Of a stretch of 64,000 bases of DNA, positions 10,426-19,091 are shown piece by piece; within the stretch, counting starts at the first letter, position 1; each line of letters opens with the position of its first letter. The position numbers and the translations under genes were made by a program. The stretch is from Thermoanaerobaculia bacterium (GTDB lineage Bacteria; Acidobacteriota; Thermoanaerobaculia; Multivoradales; Multivoraceae), in NCBI GenBank assembly GCA_963666565.1, contig OY762911.1, positions 2,656,001 to 2,720,000 of the forward strand, in the 5' to 3' direction. The notes under the pieces are model-generated. The model was not told the DNA's origin. It did not search any database and worked only from the letters and a program-made list of their open reading frames with translations.

Positions 10426-11250
10426 TCAGCCGATCGAGGCCACGACTTCGTGGATTCGCTTCGCCAGTCGGTCCACGCGATCCTCCAGCGTGTCGCCCTC
10501 GGCCAGTTCGCATTCGACCTCGTCCGCCGGGACGAAGATCTCCTCGACCTCGAAGATCGACGAACCGGCCCGGATCTCCTCGCTGTCCAGGTCCAGGTCG
10601 GCGAGGCTCAGCTTCCGGAGCGGCTTGCGGTAGGACATCATGACGTCCCGCGTCTTCGGGATGCGCGGCACGTTGTCCTCGTTGTTCGTGATCGTGACGA
10701 CGAACGGCGGTTCGGCCTCCGCGACCTCGATGCCGACGTCGGTCTGGCGGCGCAGGGTGACGGCGCCGTTGCCGGGCGCGAGATTCTCTACGAACCCCAG
10801 CGCCGGCCGCCCGAGTTCCTCGGCCAGCATGCCGCCGGTCTGGCCGGTGCCCCAGTCGCCCGACTCGCGGCCGACCAGGACGGCGTCGAACGGCCCGCCG
10901 TCCTCTTCGAGTTGCCGGATCGCCGCCGCCAGCACCCGCCCCACTGCGGCAGCGTCGGGGTTCGCGTTGCCGTCGCGCTCCACCAGGCACGCCTCGTCCA
11001 CGGTCATCGCCATCGCCTTGCGCAGGCAGTCCTCCGCGGACGACTCGCCGTAGCAGAGCGCGGTCACCTTGACGCCGCCGCCCGCCGCCTCCCTGAGCTG
11101 CAGGGCGGTCTCGACCGCGTTCTCGCAGAAGATGTTCGTCACGAGGTTCGCGCCGCCGCGTCTGGCGGCCTTGGCGGCGGGATCGATCTGGAAGTCCCGG
11201 GCGGGAACGTCCGGGTCGAGGATCTGCTTCAGGCAGACGAGCACTCTCAT
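10426..11250 (-). CDS. etfB: Electron transfer flavoprotein beta subunit
   Basis: VCLKQILD, AVETALQL, GRESGDWGTGQ, N-x-PRIP; adjacent to etfA. Confidence 0.94.
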   Translation of the reverse strand: MRVLVCLKQILDPDVPARDFQIDPAAKAARRGGANLVTNIFCENAVETALQLREAAGGGVKVTALCYGESSAEDCLRKAMAMTVDEACLVERDGNANPDAAAVGRVLAAAIRQLEEDGGPFDAVLVGRESGDWGTGQTGGMLAEELGRPALGFVENLAPGNGAVTLRRQTDVGIEVAEAEPPFVVTITNNEDNVPRIPKTRDVMMSYRKPLRKLSLADLDLDSEEIRAGSSIFEVEEIFVPADEVECELAEGDTLEDRVDRLAKRIHEVVASIG

Positions 11251-11305
11251 TCTGGGTTCTCCTTGCCGGAACGGCTGGCGCCTGAGCCGATCGCCGCGGC
11301 GCCGG

Positions 11306-11971
11306 CTAGCTGTCGGCCCCTCCGGCGGCTGCTTCGGTTCGTCCGGCGTCCCGGTTCAGCACCGCCGAGACCGCCATCCGGGTCACTTCCGCCACCACTT
11401 CGTCGCCGTCGAGGCGGCCGTCGGCGCGGTACCAGCGGGAGATCCACAGGATCATCCCCACCAGGCTGAAGGCGCCGACCGTGGGATCGAGGCCGAGGAC
11501 CTTACCCTCGTCGCGGAGGGCGGCCAGGGTGTCGGCGATGAAGTCGACGTAGTCCCGCTGCCTGCCGATGATGTCGGCGCGGTCGTCGGGCAGCAGCCCT
11601 TCGAGCTCGTTGACCAGGATGGTCAGCGCCGAGGAGTCCTGGGTGATCAGCCGGGCGTGGCGGGCGACGATCGTCTCCAGGCGGGCCTGCGGATCCTCTA
11701 CCCGCCGCGCCGGCTCGATGACCTGCTCGTCGAGCTGGTCCATGGCGAAGCCCATGATCGCGAACAGGAGATCCTGCTTGCCCTTGATGTAGTAGTAGAG
11801 GCCTGCCTTGGTCAGGCCCACCGCGGCCGCGATGTCGTTGATCGACGTGGCGTGGTAGCCCTTGCGGTGGAAGATCCGCGCCGCGCTGCGGTAGATCTCC
11901 GCCCGCCGGTCCCGGTCCCGGTCGGCCGAACCCTGGACGGCGCGGAGGACCGCGTTGTCCAGGACGGTCAT
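11306..11971 (-). CDS. TetR family regulator (KstR2/PaaR-like)
   Basis: HTH F-x-x-KGYHATSINDIAAAVGLTKAGLYYYIKGK; C-terminal WYRADG. Confidence 0.92.
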   Translation of the reverse strand: MTVLDNAVLRAVQGSADRDRDRRAEIYRSAARIFHRKGYHATSINDIAAAVGLTKAGLYYYIKGKQDLLFAIMGFAMDQLDEQVIEPARRVEDPQARLETIVARHARLITQDSSALTILVNELEGLLPDDRADIIGRQRDYVDFIADTLAALRDEGKVLGLDPTVGAFSLVGMILWISRWYRADGRLDGDEVVAEVTRMAVSAVLNRDAGRTEAAAGGADS

Positions 11972-12004
11972 CGGATGGGCGTTCCTGTGCGGGTCACGGC
12001 GGTT

Positions 12005-12033
12005 AGTCTACCGACCGCCCGGTAGGTTCGCAA
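12005..12033 (-). promoter_or_regulatory. Sigma70-type promoter of tetR-etfBA with a palindromic operator between the boxes
   Basis: Minus strand TTGCGA (12033-12028), 17 bp, TAGACT (12010-12005). Palindrome CTACCG-N6-CGGTAG at 12008-12025. Confidence 0.75.
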
Positions 12034-12072
12034 CGGGCCGCGGCGTCGCTCGTGCTGCGAGAGCGGGCTCAG

Positions 12073-12390
12073 CTACGCGACCGCGCCCAGACCGTTCTTC
12101 TCGACCAGGGTCAGGAGCTTCAACGAGGCGCCCCGCGGTCTCTTCTGTCCCCGCTCCCACTGGCTCACCAGGCTCGTGGTCACGTTCAGGTAGCGCGCAA
12201 ACACGGCCTGGCTCGCCCGCTCCCGCCGCCGCAGATCGCGAATGTCCTCCGGCGTCATTTCCCGGACCGGGGTGAGGCACATCTCGTCGAACTCCCGCAT
12301 GGTCCGTCTCGACAGGATCCCCGCCTCCGCCAAGCCCTGTGCCGCCTCATGCGCGGAAGCGAACGCCTCACTCTTGTACTGCTTCTTCAT
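12073..12390 (-). CDS. HigA2-like HTH (Xre) antitoxin
   Basis: TMREFD, IRDLR..ERASQAVFARYLNV..SLVSQWERGQKRP.GASLKLL; overlaps the toxin gene. Confidence 0.9.
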   Translation of the reverse strand: MKKQYKSEAFASAHEAAQGLAEAGILSRRTMREFDEMCLTPVREMTPEDIRDLRRRERASQAVFARYLNVTTSLVSQWERGQKRPRGASLKLLTLVEKNGLGAVA

Positions 12391-12757
12391 TGCACTTCAC
12401 CTCAATGATCGCGCCAACCGCCTCGATCGCGGCGAGGCCCGCGCGATCCAGCGCAAGATACCGCCGAGCCAGCAACCGGAAGGCCCGAAGTTCGTCCTGG
12501 CGAAGATTCGCCCGGTCGCTCTTGGCGAATCCGTGGGCGAAGAAGGCCAACTGGTTGCGGCGAAACAGGATGATCGTCCGGAACCCTCCCGACCGGCCAG
12601 CTCCCTTTCGGGCCATCCGCTGCTTGATGACGCCGCCCCCGAGGTCGGCAGCGACGAGTCCTCTCTCGGCACGCTGCACCGCGTCGCAAAGAGCGGCATC
12701 GTCCAATCCCATGCGGTCGGCGAAGCGAGCGAACGCCTTGGTCTTGAAGGTCTGCAA
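12368..12757 (-). CDS. RelE/HigB2-like toxin (DUF1044 type)
   Basis: FKTKAFARFA, ADLGGGVIKQR, GRSGGFRTI, FAKSDRANL. Confidence 0.9.
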   Translation of the reverse strand: MQTFKTKAFARFADRMGLDDAALCDAVQRAERGLVAADLGGGVIKQRMARKGAGRSGGFRTIILFRRNQLAFFAHGFAKSDRANLRQDELRAFRLLARRYLALDRAGLAAIEAVGAIIEVKCNEEAVQE

Positions 12758-12792
12758 TCCCGGTCCCGCGAACGCCTGTCGTCACAGAGCAT

Positions 12793-12821
12793 GTGTAGCA
12801 CCCAGTGCGACGTTTCGTCAA
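12793..12821 (-). promoter_or_regulatory. Putative TA promoter/operator
   Basis: Imperfect palindrome GTAGCAC-CCA-GTGCGAC (12795-12811) downstream of a minus-strand TTGACG (12821-12816). Confidence 0.55.
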
Positions 12822-12991
12822 CCGGCCGTAGGGACCTCGCGCGTCTCGCCGGGGAGGGCTTGACGTGCCGAGGTCTGCCTGTTCGCCATTCGCTGGAGCA
12901 TCGCTTTCGCGGAGAGGCGTCCCGCTGGTTGGAGGCGGCTGCCATGAGCGACCTGGGCGTCGTCTGCTGGATGGCGGTGCTTTGACGGGAT

Positions 12992-15151
12992 TCAGGGCGC
13001 TGCCTGGTCGGAGTCGCCGACCGCGTCCCACAGCAGTTCGGCCACGTCCCTGACCTTCACGTCGCGGTCGCCGCGGCGGGCGTTGACGCCGTCGTCGAGC
13101 ATCGTGGCGCAGAAGGGGCAACCCACGGCCACCACGTCGGCGCCGGTGTCGACCGCCTCCTGGGCGCGTTCCTGGTTGACGCGCTGGTCGGGCGGCTCGT
13201 CGACGAAGGCCATGCCGCCGCCGCCGCCGCAGCAGAAGCTCTCGTTGCGGCTGCGCTTCATCTCGACCTGGCGCGCGCCGCCGACCTTGGCCAGAAGGTC
13301 GCGCGGGGCGTCGTACTCGCCGTTGTGGCGGCCGAGATAGCAGGGGTCGTGGAAGGTGATCGTCGAGCCGCCGTTCCCGTCCGCCGCGCCGTGGCCTCCG
13401 CGCGCCCGGCCGACGGCCGTGCCGGCCGGTTCGCGCGCGGCGCGTCCCGCGCCGTTCGGGGGCCCGGCGAGACGGCCCGATTCCAGCAGTCGGTCGAGGA
13501 ACTGGGTGTGGTGGAACACCTCGTAGCTGCCCCCGAACTGCGGGTACTCGTTGCGGAATGAGTTGAAGCAGTGCGGGCAGGAGGTGACGACCTTGCGGAC
13601 GCCGTAGCGGTCCAGCGTCTCGACGTTGCCCTTGGCCAGCATCTCGAACAGGAACTCGTTGCCGACGCGGCGGGCCGGGTCGCCTGTGCAGGACTCCTCG
13701 CGGCCGAGGATCGCGAACTTGACGCCGGCCTTCTTGAGCAGCTTCGCGGTGGCTCGGACGGTGTTCCGGTTGCGCTCGACGAGGGCCCCGCCGCAGCCGA
13801 CCCACATCAGGACCTCGGCCTCGCGCGGATCGTCCATCTCGGCCATCACGTCGATGTCGAGGCCCTCGGTCCAGTCGACGCGGTTGAACTGCGTCCCCGC
13901 GAACGGGTGTTTCCGCTGTTCGAGCGAGTTCATCATGTCCATCATCCCTTCCGGGAAGTCCGCCTCTTCCATGACGAGGTAGCGGCGGGCGTCGACGATC
14001 TTCGGCATCTGTTCGATGTGGACCGGGCAGGCCTCCATGCAGGCGGCGCAGGTGGTGCAGGAGAACAGTGCCTCCGGCGCCATGGCCGTCTTCTCGTCGA
14101 TGACCGGAAGCAGTTCGCCGCCGCCGTTGCTGTCGTTGCCGCCGGCGCCGCCGTTGCCGTTGGCCGCTCCGGCGCCCAGGAGGCCGTCGCCCCGCTCGTG
14201 CATCAGCTTCTGCAGGTCGAGGATGATGTCGCGCGGCGACAGGCTCTTGCCCACCGTGTTGGCGGGGCAGACGTCGGTGCAGCGGCCGCATTCGGTGCAG
14301 GCGTCGAAGTCGAGCAGGTCCTTCCAGGTGAAGTCGCCCAGGTGGTTGATCCCGAACCGCTCGGCGGTCTCGAAGTCGATCGCCTTGAGGCTGCCGCCGT
14401 AGCCGTCCAGGTTGGCGGTGAAGATGTTGAGGGGCGCGGTGAAGACGTGCGACATCTTGCTGAACGGCACCCAGGCGATCCAGCCGAACGCCACCACCAG
14501 GTGGAACCACCAGATGACCACGTGGCCGGTCTGCATCGCCGCGTCGCTCATCAGCGGGTCCGAGGCCATGGCGAACAGGTTGCCGATCGGCGACCAGGCG
14601 GCCCAGACATCGTCGGTGACGGCGATTCGCCAGCCCTCGATCATGAAGCCGGTCAGGGCCATCGTGAAGATGGTGACCAGAATCCAGCTCGCTTCGTCGG
14701 TGTAGACCAGCAGCTTCGGCCTCGAGATCCAGCGTCGAATCGCGGCCAGCGCCACCCCGACCATCACGAACAGGCCGAAGACGTCGACGATCAGCGACTG
14801 GAAGATCAGGTAGAAGTGCCCCTTCATGATGTGCAGGGGCGTGTCGTGGTGGATGGCGACGACCGTGGTGGCCAGGAACAGCACGATGAAGCCGGTGTAG
14901 ACGAGCGTATGGAAGACGCCCGCGTAGCGGCGCCTGACCGTGCGGCCCTGGCCCACGGCGTTCCTCAGGAAGAGCTTCAGGCGCTCGCCCGGCCGGTCGA
15001 AGCGGACGGCCGGCTGGCCGGCCCGCCAGCGGCGGATCTTGAGCCAGAACCCCCAGCCGAAGACGGCCAGGGTGGGGACCATCAGGACGTACACCAACCA
15101 CGTGTACTGGATGTTCCAGAAGACCTCTCGGGTTGCCTGGGTGGGGTCCAT
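12992..15151 (-). CDS. fadF: FadF/EtfD-like membrane Fe-S oxidoreductase (NarI-like TM + 2x[4Fe-4S] + 2 CCG domains)
   Basis: Start [66 protein letters not shown]. Confidence 0.9.
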   Translation of the reverse strand: MDPTQATREVFWNIQYTWLVYVLMVPTLAVFGWGFWLKIRRWRAGQPAVRFDRPGERLKLFLRNAVGQGRTVRRRYAGVFHTLVYTGFIVLFLATTVVAIHHDTPLHIMKGHFYLIFQSLIVDVFGLFVMVGVALAAIRRWISRPKLLVYTDEASWILVTIFTMALTGFMIEGWRIAVTDDVWAAWSPIGNLFAMASDPLMSDAAMQTGHVVIWWFHLVVAFGWIAWVPFSKMSHVFTAPLNIFTANLDGYGGSLKAIDFETAERFGINHLGDFTWKDLLDFDACTECGRCTDVCPANTVGKSLSPRDIILDLQKLMHERGDGLLGAGAANGNGGAGGNDSNGGGELLPVIDEKTAMAPEALFSCTTCAACMEACPVHIEQMPKIVDARRYLVMEEADFPEGMMDMMNSLEQRKHPFAGTQFNRVDWTEGLDIDVMAEMDDPREAEVLMWVGCGGALVERNRNTVRATAKLLKKAGVKFAILGREESCTGDPARRVGNEFLFEMLAKGNVETLDRYGVRKVVTSCPHCFNSFRNEYPQFGGSYEVFHHTQFLDRLLESGRLAGPPNGAGRAAREPAGTAVGRARGGHGAADGNGGSTITFHDPCYLGRHNGEYDAPRDLLAKVGGARQVEMKRSRNESFCCGGGGGMAFVDEPPDQRVNQERAQEAVDTGADVVAVGCPFCATMLDDGVNARRGDRDVKVRDVAELLWDAVGDSDQAAP

Positions 15152-15212
15152 GGAGGCCACTGTACCGCCGACTCGAAACATCCGGCAATGCCGGTCAGTC
15201 GCCGGGCCGCCT

Positions 15213-15357
15213 TAACCTCTTGTTCATGAAGGACTTACGGCGAGTCGGAGAGGCGCACCGTATTCGGTGCGGAATGGCCGTAAGTTACTGAAAACAAAGG
15301 GGTTACAAGGTATGAGGATGGTTGCTTTCCGCAGGGTTTTCCGCAGCTTCTGCGGAA
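15213..15357. other. AT-rich structured intergenic element: inverted pair of 29-bp sites, central hairpin, four TTCCGCA heptamers
   Basis: 15213-15241 and 15277-15305 are inverted (20/29 identical). CGCACCG-TATT-CGGTGCG at 15254-15271. TTCCGCA at 15327 and 15339 (+), 15268 and 15351 (-). Confidence 0.65.
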
Positions 15358-15366
15358 CTGGCCGCT

Positions 15367-15398
15367 CACCGGGTGCGCGGGTCTCCGGCGCCGCGGGT
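15367..15398 (+). repeat. REP-like repeat, copy B (internally deleted)
   Basis: CACCGGGTGCGC...CTCCGGCGCCGCGGGT; the last 16 bp are identical to the reverse complement of 30747-30762. Confidence 0.65.
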
Positions 15399-15402
15399 TC
15401 GC

Positions 15403-17322
15403 TCAGCGCGCGGCCGGGCGGGGATAGCCCAGTTCGGCGAGTGTCCGCTCGATCTCGTCGAGGATCGCCGGATCGTCGATCGTCGGCGGCACGGCGTAGG
15501 GCTCGCCGTCCGCGATGCGCCGCATGGTGCCTCGCAACACCTTGCCGGACCTCGTCTTCGGCAGGCGTTCGACGATCCCCGCGACCTTGAACGAGGCGAC
15601 CGGACCGAGCTGGTCGCGCACGCTTTGCACCAGCTCGGGGACGATCTCCGCCTCGGTGCGGCCGGCGCCGGCGTAGAGCACCGCCAGCCCGAGCGGCACC
15701 TGTCCCTTGAGCGAGTCGGCGACGCCGATCACGGCGCACTCGGCGACGTCCGGGTGCGAGGCGAGGATTTCCTCCATCGCGCCGGTGGACAGCCGGTGGC
15801 CGGCGACGTTGATCAGGTCGTCCGTCCGGCTCATGATGTAGAGGTAGCCGTCCTCGTCCAGGTAGCCGGCGTCGCCGGTCTCGTAGTGGCCCTCGTAGGC
15901 GGCGAGGTAGGAGTCGACGTAGCCCTCGTCGTTCCGCCACAGCGTCGGCAGGCAGCCGGGCGGAAGCGGCAGGCGCAGGGCGATCGCTCCGGTCTCGCCC
16001 GGGGGCATCTCTTCGACCGGGCCGCCGCCGGCGTCGTCGCGGAGGATCCGCACGTCGTAGCCGGGCACCACCTTCGTCGGCGAGCCGTGCTTCACCGGCA
16101 GCGCGCCCAGCCCCACGCAGTTGGCCGCGATCGCCCAGCCGGTTTCGGTCTGCCACCAGTGGTCGATGACCGGCACGCCCAGCTTCTGCTCGGCCCACCG
16201 CACGGTGTCCGGGTCGGCCCGTTCGCCGGCGAGGAACAGGGTGCGCAGGCTGCTCAGGTCGAAGTTCCCGATCAGCTCGCCGCGCGGGTCCTCCCGCTTG
16301 ATCGCGCGGAAGGCGGTCGGCGCCGTGAACAGCGCGGAGACTCCGTGTTCGGAGATCACCCGCCAGAAGGCGCTGGCGTTCGGCGTGCCGACCGGCTTGC
16401 CCTCGTAGAGCACGCTCGTGCAGCCGTGGATCAGCGGCGCGTAGACGATGTAGGAGTGCCCGACCACCCAGCCGATGTCCGACGCGGCCCAGTAGACCTC
16501 GCCCGGCGCCGCGCCGTAGACGTTGGCCATGCTCCAGTCGAGCGCCACCAGGTGGCCCCCGTTGTCGCGGACGACGCCCTTGGGCACGCCCGTCGTGCCG
16601 GAGGTGTAGAGGATGTAGAGCGGGTCGGTGGCCCGCACCGGAACGCAGTCGGCCGGTTCGGCCGCGGCCATCGCCTCGTGCCAGTCGCGGTCGCCGTCGC
16701 CGAGTTCGGCGCGGTGCTGGGGACGCTGGAGCAGGACGGTCGCGCCCGGCTTGTGTGCGGACATGGCGATCGCCTCGTCGAGCAGGGGCTTGTACTCGAC
16801 GATGCGGGCGATTTCGATGCCGCAGGAGGCGGCGAGGACGACCTTCGGCCTGGCGTCCTCGATCCGCGTCGCGAGTTCCTTCGAGGCGAAGCCGCCGAAG
16901 ACGACCGAGTGGACCGCGCCGATGCGGGCGCAGGCGAGCATGGCGACTGCCGCCTCCGGCACCATCGGCATGTAGATCAGCACCCGGTCGCCCTTCTCGA
17001 CGCCGAGGCTGCGCAGCACGCCGGCGAGCCGGGCGGTCCGGTCCCGCAGCTCGGAGTAGGAGAGCGTGCGCGTCGTGCCGGTGACGGGGCTGTCGTGGAT
17101 CAGGGCCGGCTGGTCCCCCCGCCCGGCCTCGACGTGCCGGTCCACGGCGTTGTAGCAGGTGTTGACCTCCGCTCCCGCGAACCAGCGGTGGAACGGCGGG
17201 TTGGAGTCGTCCAGCACCCGGTCCCAGCGCCGGTACCAGGAGATCGCCTCGGCGGCCTCGGCCCAGAAGCCCTCCGGGTCGCGCCGGGCCCGGCGGAGGG
17301 TCTCTTCGTAGCGGCTGTTCAC
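15403..17322 (-). CDS. prpE: Propionyl-CoA synthetase
   Basis: YILYTSGTTGVPKGVVRDNGGH, WAASDIGWVVGHSY, DHWWQTETG, LPKTRSGK. Confidence 0.92.
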   Translation of the reverse strand: MNSRYEETLRRARRDPEGFWAEAAEAISWYRRWDRVLDDSNPPFHRWFAGAEVNTCYNAVDRHVEAGRGDQPALIHDSPVTGTTRTLSYSELRDRTARLAGVLRSLGVEKGDRVLIYMPMVPEAAVAMLACARIGAVHSVVFGGFASKELATRIEDARPKVVLAASCGIEIARIVEYKPLLDEAIAMSAHKPGATVLLQRPQHRAELGDGDRDWHEAMAAAEPADCVPVRATDPLYILYTSGTTGVPKGVVRDNGGHLVALDWSMANVYGAAPGEVYWAASDIGWVVGHSYIVYAPLIHGCTSVLYEGKPVGTPNASAFWRVISEHGVSALFTAPTAFRAIKREDPRGELIGNFDLSSLRTLFLAGERADPDTVRWAEQKLGVPVIDHWWQTETGWAIAANCVGLGALPVKHGSPTKVVPGYDVRILRDDAGGGPVEEMPPGETGAIALRLPLPPGCLPTLWRNDEGYVDSYLAAYEGHYETGDAGYLDEDGYLYIMSRTDDLINVAGHRLSTGAMEEILASHPDVAECAVIGVADSLKGQVPLGLAVLYAGAGRTEAEIVPELVQSVRDQLGPVASFKVAGIVERLPKTRSGKVLRGTMRRIADGEPYAVPPTIDDPAILDEIERTLAELGYPRPAAR

Positions 17323-17377
17323 GGCGGGCGATGATAGCCGGGCGTCCGGCGCCGGCCGTCTCTGCCGGCCCGCGGCC

Positions 17378-18634
17378 CTACTGCGCCGGTTCGGCCGTTG
17401 CCGCAGGGACCGGCGCGCGCCCGCTCTGCAGTTCTTCCCAGATCGCGACGTCGAAGCGGCCGAGGGAGTTCGCCGCGCCCCGGAACATCGCGTTCGTGTT
17501 GAACTCCATCGCGATCGTGCCGTCCGGTCCGACCGCGATCAACCCGCCGTCGCCAGGCTTCAGAGTGTCGCCGACCACTCGGCGGGCGGCGTCTTCAAGC
17601 GAGAGCCCCGCGTGCTTGACGAGCGCTGAAACCTCGTGCGCGACGGTGTGGCGGATGAACTCCTCGCCGCGGCCCGTGCAGGAGACGGCCGCGGTCTCGT
17701 TGTTCGCGTAGGTGCCCGCGCCGATGACCGGCACGTCTCCGACGCGGCCCACCCGCTTCATCATCGTGCCGCCGGTGGACGTCGCGGCGGCGAGGTTGCC
17801 GTAGCGGTCCAGTGCCACCGCGCCCACGGTACCGAGCTGGGACGCTCCGCTCAGGAGACCGTCCGCTCCGCCTCCAGGGCCGCCGGTTCGGCCCGAGGGC
17901 GCTCCCGCTCCGCCCAGGGGGGCGGCAGCGGCGGCGTTGCCGCCGTCGTCGCGGTCCGCCTGGGCCGCCGCGTCGCCGCCGTCTTCGTCCGTCCGTTCGC
18001 TGCGCCGCGCCCGCAGCGCGCGGAACCTGTCCAACTGCGCCTCGGTCGTGAAGTAGGCCTGCGGCCGGCGGTTCACGCCGACCAGCGCAGCGAAGTCGTC
18101 GGCGCCCGGTCCGCTCAGGAAGACATGGTCCGAGTCTTCCATGACGCGACGGGCCAGCCGGACCGGATTGCGTACGTTCTTCACGCCGCCGACCGCGCCG
18201 ACCGCCAGAGTCCGGCCGTCCATGATGGCGGCGTCCATCTCGTGCGTGCCGACGAAGGTGAACACGGCGCCTCGGCCGGCGTTGAACCGGGGGTCGTCCT
18301 CCAGCGCGGCGACGACGTCCTCGACCACGCGGAGGCTCGCTTCGCCGGCTTCCAACCGCTCGCTGCCCAGGGCCAGCGCCTCGCGCAGCGCCCCGTAGTA
18401 GTCCTCGGCGTCCGTCGAGTCGCGGCGAGCGCTGCCGGCGCCGCCGTGGATGGCGAGCGACCACTCGGGCGCGGCCGTTGCGTCGGCTTCCACTCCGTCT
18501 GCCTGGTTCAAGTCCTGCTGCCCTTCCGGGTCGGTTGCGCGTTCGGCGAGACCGCATGCTCCCAGGCCCGCGGCGAGGATCGCGAAAACGGCGGCATGGA
18601 GGGTCGGGGAACGTGGCCGGGAACGGTTCTTCAT
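17378..18634 (-). CDS. iaaA: Isoaspartyl peptidase/L-asparaginase (Ntn hydrolase), probable lipoprotein
   Basis: IHGGAG, FNAGRG, MDAAIMDG, G/TVGAVALD, ATSTGG, GRVGD, SCTGRGE; lipobox LGAC. Confidence 0.92.
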   Translation of the reverse strand: MKNRSRPRSPTLHAAVFAILAAGLGACGLAERATDPEGQQDLNQADGVEADATAAPEWSLAIHGGAGSARRDSTDAEDYYGALREALALGSERLEAGEASLRVVEDVVAALEDDPRFNAGRGAVFTFVGTHEMDAAIMDGRTLAVGAVGGVKNVRNPVRLARRVMEDSDHVFLSGPGADDFAALVGVNRRPQAYFTTEAQLDRFRALRARRSERTDEDGGDAAAQADRDDGGNAAAAAPLGGAGAPSGRTGGPGGGADGLLSGASQLGTVGAVALDRYGNLAAATSTGGTMMKRVGRVGDVPVIGAGTYANNETAAVSCTGRGEEFIRHTVAHEVSALVKHAGLSLEDAARRVVGDTLKPGDGGLIAVGPDGTIAMEFNTNAMFRGAANSLGRFDVAIWEELQSGRAPVPAATAEPAQ

Positions 18635-18737
18635 CTGGCGGCCCCCAAGCCATCGGGGCACGAGCCGCCGACCTGCCGGAGCGGTGAGGACGCTACCACG
18701 GCGGTCCCGGTTGCCGGTGGGGCATAATGCGCGCTCG

Positions 18738-19091
18738 GTGGCCAACGCGAAGCGCCTGTCGGACTACGGAGACGAGAGGGACCAGGACGCCTTCTGGGAG
18801 GCGATCCGTCCCGTCGACGAGCCCCTGCGGCATCGCTGGTTCCTGCCCGCGGTCGTCCTGATTCTCGCCGTCAGCGTGCCGTGGTACCTGCCGCCGTCGG
18901 TGGGCGGCCGGCTGGCGGGCGGACTGCCCGTCTGGACCTGGATCACGATCGGCTGCGGCTTCTGCCTGGCGGTGGTCACGGCCTTCGCTTCGCTGCGTCT
19001 CTGGCGGGACGGCGGGGACGGCCGCGGCGACGAAGACGGCGGCGCCGCCGGCGAACCGGCGCCGTCCGCGGCGCCGGGGGAGAACCCGTGA
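18738..19091 (+). CDS. Small two-TM membrane protein, partner of the SSS symporter
   Basis: SVPWY...GLPVW pattern; TGA overlaps the symporter GTG; CATAAT 9 nt upstream. Confidence 0.7.
   Translation: MANAKRLSDYGDERDQDAFWEAIRPVDEPLRHRWFLPAVVLILAVSVPWYLPPSVGGRLAGGLPVWTWITIGCGFCLAVVTAFASLRLWRDGGDGRGDEDGGAAGEPAPSAAPGENP

Noticed and set aside
12826-12833. CCGTAGGG near two TA cassettes (also at about 50708) as a GTAG-type REP end
   Set aside because: It is only 8 bp with no accompanying hairpin, consistent with chance.
15213-15305. XerCD dif site
   Set aside because: It lacks the 11-6-11 layout with an inner TAA-N6-TTA; the spacing here is TAA-N19-TTA.
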